Shown piece by piece: positions 56,434 through 64,000 of a DNA stretch of 64,000 nt (position 1 is its first letter; each line of letters starts with the position of its first letter). The stretch is from positions 806,001 through 870,000 of the forward strand of contig CM102290.1 of assembly GCA_046563655.1 (NCBI GenBank). Direction: 5' to 3'. Origin of the DNA: Yuukianura sp. NJ FZ-2021. Its lineage: Eukaryota. The notes under the pieces were generated by a model. The model saw only the letters and a program-made list of their open reading frames with translations, was not told where the DNA came from and made no database searches. The translations under genes were made by a program, and so were the position numbers.

Positions 56434-57696
56434 TCATTTTGGCATTTGGTTGGAGCAGTGTGGATGGGGACTCGGTGTCATTCGCAGTTTGTCAGATTCT
56501 TCAATCAAATCTTCACTCTGACGAGAATTCAGCGTCCGGAGTCCAATAGATGCGTCTTCAAGTCCTTTTTTCTTACGAAGACTACCAGAAGTCCCACTCA
56601 GAGGAATGCCATTTCCGTTGCTATGCGGAGAACGACGAACGACTGTATTGCGACGATTTTGGAACTGGGTGTAGAGTTTGTGCAAATCTGGTACGATTGC
56701 TCTGGACAATGCGACGATGGCATAGATGTTTTTCACCAGGAAGATGGATGTATCCGAAAATGAGTAGAATTGCCACAAATAGACTCGGACACAGAGATAG
56801 GGAATGTTGACGATGCCAAGGTGAAGGAGTTTGTACACAATTTCAATGAGCAGTGGATATGTTTCACCAAATTCTGAAATGGTCAGCTTATACAATGCCA
56901 CAGCCGGCAACATGAGATTAATTGAAGAGAGGCCAAGAATGAAACTCTCAAATTCAAATGAGAAAAAAAGATGTGTCTCCTTTACAATCAGCAACGACAG
57001 GAAACTGACCTAAATTGGCAGAAGAATAGGGACATTAAATTCACAGTAGAGAATATTACACAGATAAGTCGTTGCTTTGTGAAGACAACTTACTGAGTCC
57101 AGGATCTCCAAGGCCATCCCGTAAGACATGGTTTTAATGTAACTGTTTCTAATCGGATCTCCGCGACCGTCGTAGTGAGCTTCCACAAGCAATGAGAAAA
57201 CGATGGCCGACAATCCAACTGCGACTTTGAGCATTTGTGGTCCGAAGAAGTCCTCTGGGTTGAGGTGCCTTGGAGGCGTCTTGGCTTTAAACAAAACAAT
57301 AATTTTGGCAATGACCGTGCAGCTATAGACAATCCAGGCAATGTAGCTGAACGGTGTCTTTGAGATTCTTGAAAAGCAGTTCATTGCAGCGGGCCAACTG
57401 GTTTCCGATGTGACGCTGCGATGTCCAATTCGCGAATTGTTCCTTGAAATGGTAAAGTTGAGTGATCCCTTCAAGCTTCCATTTCTCTCCTTCCAGCGGG
57501 TTCGGTAAGCGACATATAGCGTGAATGCGAAGAGAAGTAGACAAAGGAAGTCTCCAAGGAACCATAAGAAGGTGAATGATGACTGGATGAACTGGTTAAT
57601 TACCAAATAATTTAGAATGACACTTTGAAAGAGGAATACGGTTATGAGAAGTAGAGAGTCAGCAAATTGAAGAGCAGTGTCCCGTGAGCAAATCAT
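56434..57696 (-). CDS. TMEM121/CECR6-family multi-pass membrane protein; 2 coding exons
   Basis: Exons 57696-57094 and 57009-56434 join as ...ALEILDS|VSFLSLL.... Several TM helices; PFSYIAWIVYS, FFGPQMLK, VNIPYLCVRVYLW and SIFLVKNI fit this family. Confidence 0.75.
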
Positions 57697-60420
57697 TGTG
57701 CTTGGCTTCTTGATCCTTGGTTTCTTGAACGCCACTGTCTGACGCTTGTCTTGTTCAAAAGCTCAGTCAGTCTTGTTCGGTCGCTCGTTAAGTCGATGAG
57801 TCACTTTTCATTCGTGAAGCTTTAGTTCCGTTGATTCAGTCCTTTGAGAGAGTGAAATCAGCCTTCAATCTGAAATGACAGGCAATACCACAATTTTACA
57901 TTATGCAAACTTTGAGTTTGAGTGATTTCGCAACAAAAGAAGTGACTTTTTAAAATTAACCGGAAATGACCATGACTGACTGACTATACTACACGGGTGG
58001 AATGGACCAACACTACACTCCATTTCCCTCTCCGTTCAGCGAATGAAAAACCATCGCTCCATCGCTGGCCTAAATGTCCAGGCATACGCTATCATTGCCA
58101 CCCGAATTATAAATTATTACAAAATGTACAAAAGGTAGTACACAGTGTTATACAACCTAAACAGATTCCGTTCGTCACCGTAATTTCTGAGAACTGTCTG
58201 TGTCAGGAACTGGTTTTATTCCAGACCGCAACTTTTAGTATACTACTCAAGATATACTCTGTTCTTCAGTTTTACCAAATAAAAGCGCTGGCTTATCCAA
58301 ATTCAATCTGACCACATGAAAAGCTCGAACCTCTTCAGTTGAATTGTTTGCTTAACTCACTCAGTGCGGACTTCTTTGTGCGAATTTATTGAAAATGATC
58401 CTCCGTCAGGGTTAGTTTTATGGTGGTACTGGGAGTATTAATATCGGAATGTTACAGGATGTATTGCTTCAATTGTAATTGAGAACATGGAAAGTTCCAG
58501 CAAGCAATAAATTAGACAAAACAAAGTAATTAATCAAAAGAACAAAAGAATAAACCAATTAAACACTACCCAGCAGGCTCACTAATTTGGAGTAGAGATT
58601 GAGATTAGTTAGTGGAGCCAAAAATGACAGAAAATATATAAAGAGAGTAAATAGCGCGTTTCAAGTTACCTCACACACAACTCATGATTTGTTATGTTTG
58701 TAACAATAATGTTATTAAAAAAAATAATCCACTAACTTACACTTATCATTAGTATTACGGACTGCGTTCAATTATCAAACCCCTAGAACAATGGAGCATC
58801 TTGTTAATGCAGTTGGACCGTGTCCAATTTCCAAGTACTTACGTACTCAAGTAATTACGTCAAAAAATCTTGATTTTTCATTGAAATGAGGTTTTATAAC
58901 AGTCCGGGAAGGCAGTATGGAGTGGGAGTAGTATTCTTCAAGGCTACTACGAAATAATCTCATAATGGAATATGTAATAAAAAAAATATGGTTTTGTTAA
59001 ATTTTAAATCAATTAGTAATTACTTAGGTTTTTAGATACTTTCAAATAAAAGATTAGTACCTTGCATAAAGCTTAAAGTTTAGATGCTAGGACGCCTTCG
59101 ACGAATCAACAATACTTTATAATATTTGTTGGTTACACAATCTGATGTGCTTGAAATATGGTGTTATGTACTGATGTTTGAATCAGTTAACGTTCGCTAA
59201 ACACTTTGATATAAAATGTATTTATAATGATTGTTAAGTATCAAGTTGTATTTGCGGCGTTGCGCAATTATCAATGGTACTTGGACTTGGTAGTCAAGTT
59301 TTAGATGATAATTTTGGCACTGAAATCCTGTTTTGCATGTGTCGTCTGGTAAATAGTGTAAAAAAATTGTAATTAACAAAGCAAAGAAATTTAGTTAAAC
59401 GTTAATAACTAGAAAAATGTAATAGTAGCAGTACTTACTGTTTTCCAAATTGAATCCTGTGTAAGTGTGTTCTGTAATGTTAAGTTAGTAATCCAAAACT
59501 AACACGATATGATGCCTTTAGATAAAAAACTCGTGTTAATGTTGAAGTCACATAATGATTAATGATCCAAAAAATCAAGGACAACTTTTTGGTAAAAACG
59601 CACAATTTATGTTATGACAAGAGGAAATGTTGACACAAATGAAATTTTCAATGTTATTAGTTGAATTGAAGAATCACAAGAATAGATTGAAAAGTGATAT
59701 TGCAAAACATAACCTTAAATGAGCGTCCTCCATGCTCATGTCATAAAATCAGTACTGAACCCACTCAACAGTTCCTCTGAAATTACTTTTAATCACAAAA
59801 GCCAAGTTGAACACAAAGTGAAAAAAGAATAATAGAGAAGGAACTTGGAAGTTTGAACAATACTTTGTTTTTCTAAGTAGAAAACAATAAAAGAAGCGTC
59901 TAGCGCCGTTGTTGAAAAAAAAACCTGAAGTTCTGTCGTAAGTGTTACTGAGAAAACTACTTAAGTAGATTTGAATGCGTCTGGATTTTGTTTAAGCCGA
60001 GATCAACTAAACAACAATAAGATAGACTAAATGACTGACTGTGACGATAAACAGAACGGATATGAATTTGCAAACTAATCCTTTCATCTGGTGGCCTTCC
60101 TTCTTCCTTTTTTCATGCTGAAACGAGGAGAAGGTGAGCCAAGGACAGACGTCCTCTGCACCTTTATGTTATATTCACAATTAAACAGTTTGACTAAGGT
60201 GGGAACTCAGCCCAGCAAAAAATTTCAAAACCTCCATATAATTTCGTTTACTGCTGCAGCAGTAAGGAGGAATGTTAGCTTAGTTTTAAGTTCAGGTAGA
60301 TATTGAGATGGAGAGCAGGACAACTTGACTCGATAGCGACGAATACTAGGAGGCTAGTATATGTGGTTATTGGGTAAGTATTGTTGACTCGATTGTTGTT
60401 AGGACTGAATCGATGCTATT

Positions 60421-61390
60421 TCATTCCTTCCGCTTCTCAGCCTCTGCAATTCTCTCAGCAACGTCAATCCCAGCTAGGTTTCTTGCTGCCGTAACTCCTT
60501 GCAAAATAGCCATCAACCATTTGGCAACTGCGATGGGAAGGCATATTACTGCCAAGAACTTCCAGAAAACTGTACAACAAAACGAGAATCATGTAGGCAA
60601 CTAAACGAGCAGTAGCAAAATGGCTCAAATAAAGTTTTAGTTGAATGTGCAACATACATGAATCGTAGAAGTGGATTAAATACATCGTCATGTAGAACAG
60701 CTCGTTTCCGCAACACATCGTGAACAGCAAGGGCTTCGAGGTATAGTAAATTCGCAAAAGATATGGATCTTCCGTTGACATAGTTTTGTGGCTTCCCTTC
60801 CCTTGCAACAAGGTCCTATTACAAAGGGGTTTATAAGCGTTTATAAGTTGTGTTTTTAAATTGCGTTTTTGAAACTAAAACGATTTTAACTTACGTGTGA
60901 AGATGAATCCAGTGCATAGAAATGTCAGTGCAGATACTCATTTGAAAGAAAAAAGCATACGATGGGTAGAATACTGACAGCATAATCATGAGACAAGCCG
61001 TTCCACATCGGTCAGTGAGCTGGTCCAGCATTGCACCGAATTTGGTACCTGCACAAGCCCAAATGTACTTCTACAGTGACTAAAAGTATACTGTTTGTGC
61101 AATGATTCATTCATTTAGATGTCATACTTTGATTCAAAGCCCTTGCGGCATGTCCATCAACGGCATCCAAGAGAGCACTGGCGAAGTAGCAGTAAATAGC
61201 AGGAGTTGGTGATGTCGGCATAAGGATGCATGACAAAATTGCCAGAAAAACTCTTGCGTAACCTGTACATCAAAACATTTGCATTTTAAAAATCCATCCC
61301 GTTTTCCAATCCATGTCCTTGTAGACAATACTGTCAAACTAACTTACCAATTAGGTTGGGAACAAATAAGAACACATTCTCAGTTCCCAT
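60421..61390 (-). CDS. CDIPT: Phosphatidylinositol synthase (CDP-diacylglycerol--inositol 3-phosphatidyltransferase); 5 exons
   Basis: MGTENVFLFVPNLI|GYARV..., the CDP-alcohol phosphotransferase motif LLDAVDGHAARALNQ|STKFGAMLDQLTDRC, SHK and GNELFY; TGA at 60421-60423. Confidence 0.95.
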
Positions 61391-63690
61391 GATCAGCTTG
61401 TTTGATTTCAATTTCGAGATGAACTAACTGTAGTTAAATGAATTAGCCCACCGCCCAGAATTCCTTCCTTCCTTCCTGTAAAGTCATGTAATGTTATTCT
61501 GTGATTTAGCTCCTCCGTAATTTGAAATTGTTAGTTACTACATTCTACATTATAAATTAGTTAAAATTCGAATTTATAAAATTTTATTTGATTGATTACC
61601 TCGAGATCCTGGCAGAGATGAATCTAGTCACTCTCACTCTCACTATCTCCGTCACAGCGCAGAGAGTCAGGATTTAGGTTTCAGTAAAATCCTTGACGTG
61701 TGAGCGAACCAAACAGGAACTCGTCCGATGACGGAGGTTGGGATGATTAATAATTTCCGAATCCCTCGAAAAAGTGACGTCTCGTTCGAAGTTGGATCGG
61801 GGATGTTCAGTGCACATGTACTGAAGTATGTCTGTTGTCTGGACTTTGGAAGTCAGAGTTCGGCACTTCTACTACGTTTTCAAGCACATCATCTTCCAAC
61901 TTTACAGACTACCGAGCTCCGATCCCCGATCTTTTTTTTTTTTACTACAATGTGATTCCTGCTCCATCGTGGGCGATCTCCAAGAAAATGGGATTGGAGC
62001 TTTCGATCAGGAATGAAATCACAACAGATTTGTTACGAAGATTCAGTTTTGAATTTTGAGCGTTTATAACCTTTTTAGAACACGCGAATAAAACCAAAAA
62101 AATGAAATCACAAGTCGACAAATTCTGGTTATTTGACGTTTTGAATATTGTAACTTCGACAATGCTAATTCTCACGCTTTTTTTTTGTTTAGCTTTTTCA
62201 ACCAATTTAGATTATTTTGCTGATTGATAGCCATAATGGTGTAACGAGTCAATTCACAAACGCATCTTTTCCGAATCTTTCGGAAAAGTTGAATCTTTCC
62301 GCAATTTGCAAGAAACCCGCACGGGATTGCCAACCCTTCGTTTGATGTCCGATGCCCAAGCATTCAGTAAATAGCTTGGACATTCACGTGAGGACCGGGA
62401 TTCGGGAACGCAATCACAAGGTAGTACCATGCATGAGATCTCCGACTGTTTCGCATTACCCCGCTCTCCGGCAAGTTAGAAGAATCGGGGATCGCAGGAA
62501 GGATGACGAAAGTGCCGAACTGTGCTTGATGGTGATGATGGAAAAAAAAACATAAGGAACTCATACCATAAAGGAAAACAATGATTGGCAAATGGCAAAT
62601 CGCATTGCAAGTGTATTTGCAAAAACCAGGAAATTTATATTTTTAATTGTTGAGAAATTGGCGAGAAGGCTTACACCACGCTTTTATTTTGTACCGGAAA
62701 AATTGAGGTAGGTCACGGGACCTAAGTGTTGCTCCGAAAAATTCTACAATTTCAACTTAAAATTTGCAAGAATTACGACGATGAGATGAGGAGATGGCAC
62801 TAATTTAGAAACCTATTTTGTTTTTGCGTTTTTTCGCAATTCATCAATGGCATTATTATATGAATATGAGTTTCGGGTCAGGTCAGGTTGGACACAAATA
62901 GTTGTACCCACACAGTGTTGCCACTTTGCGGTAATTAAGGCTATGCACAATTAATAGGTTCGGTTGTTGCAGTTTCCGACAACAATGGTGGATTACAGCA
63001 ACTTACGTTGCCACCTTCAGATAGCTTAGGTTGAAGTTGGTGTTACATAAGTAAGGGTTCATTTTTAGCCGCCAATTGCAGCCTTACATGATGAACGTAG
63101 GAGTGGCTACACTGTAAAAGGTAGTATACGCTGGTTATTCCTTACTTCAACCTGTATTTTTTTTTTCAATTTCATGTTGAAGTAGCGAAGGAGGCAGTTT
63201 AATTACATTCCTAAATCTTAAAAATGTAATTAAACTTAGGTAGTAAAGAAAGAGGAGTGTCTCGTCTGTAAATGTAAAGCAATTGTAAAGAAGAGGCCGA
63301 GACCCGACCTGTAGCCAGCCAGAACGGAGCTAATTACTACGACTACCACCTCATGGACGTTATACCTAAACCTATATAGTAAGCCCAATATTTACCACCG
63401 AAAATGAAAATCAATCTAAGCCTTAATAAGGGATTCGCATTGAAAAACTGTAGAGAATTGTGTACATTGTTATCGTTTTATCGATTTCAGGTCCGTCTTC
63501 GTCGCCAACCTTCCACGATGGCATAAAGAACACTACGGGCAAAGGCTCGAATACGAATTTATGCTACCTGTTTTGATGTTACATTCCTGTGTACCCCCAT
63601 TGTTTCTTACTAAAAGTAGACACGACACAAGGAGCACATCCCGATCCCATTTCCGGCGTACGTTGCGCAGATAAAAAGCTCACCTTTAAT

Positions 63691-64000
63691 ATGGACCTGC
63701 CGACAACGAATGGCAATCTGCCATCGCCGGAGGGATCAGTCGAGAGGTTATGTCAAAACGGTGCGGCAGTCGTAGGTCTGGACAGGTATTAATTCAGGTT
63801 AATTCTCGTTTTAATGTATAATTTTTCGTGAGCTATGACGGTGCTAATGTGCACCGAGGTTTATGTTACGCGGATGTGCAGTGCACTACACTAAACTGAC
63901 TTAAACAACGTATCTCCTTTTCGGTTGTAGTGAGCTCGTGACTTGGGACCTGCCCCCACCACCATCCCCAGAAGAACTTGACAATGCTAATTTGACGGAT
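63691..64000 (+). CDS. 5' part of an unidentified gene running off the window
   Basis: ATG 63691 to donor 63785 (AG|gtatta) and acceptor ttgtag|63931 join in frame: MDLPTTNGNLPSPEGSVERLCQNGAAVVGLDS ELVTWDLPPPPSPEELDNANLTD...; no domain is visible. Confidence 0.45.

Noticed and set aside
56446..56810. + strand ORFs opposite TMEM121-like (and similar antisense ORFs over attractin, nurim and peroxidase)
   Set aside because: These are shadow ORFs of real coding exons on the other strand.

Overview
This is eukaryotic, AT-rich, gene-dense DNA with many short (about 55-100 bp) GT-AG introns. The gene content (attractin/distracted-like, Btk29A-like Tec kinase, animal haem peroxidase) points to an arthropod with a compact genome; I cannot name the species. 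From about 15.4 kb to 64 kb the spliced genes are: attractin-like (-), a protein carrying only the Unkempt ZnF4-6 cluster (-), an F-box/LRR protein (-), ZIP13/SLC39A13 (+), an unknown single-pass membrane protein (-), a divergent Mad/Mxd bHLH-ZIP (-), MND1 (+), Btk/Tec kinase (-), nurim (-), haem peroxidase (-), TMEM121-like (-), CDIPT/PIS (-), and the start of an unidentified + strand gene. The first ~15 kb has no recognisable coding sequence. It contains a Helentron-associated (HINE/DINE-1-like) element with a 176-bp tandem array, and many local stem-loops whose imperfect pairs read as G.U on the + strand; this is the best candidate for an undescribed long structured RNA. Several MITEs are present, one with perfect TIRs and an 8-bp TSD. 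Gene models were assembled by hand, so exon boundaries are best estimates.
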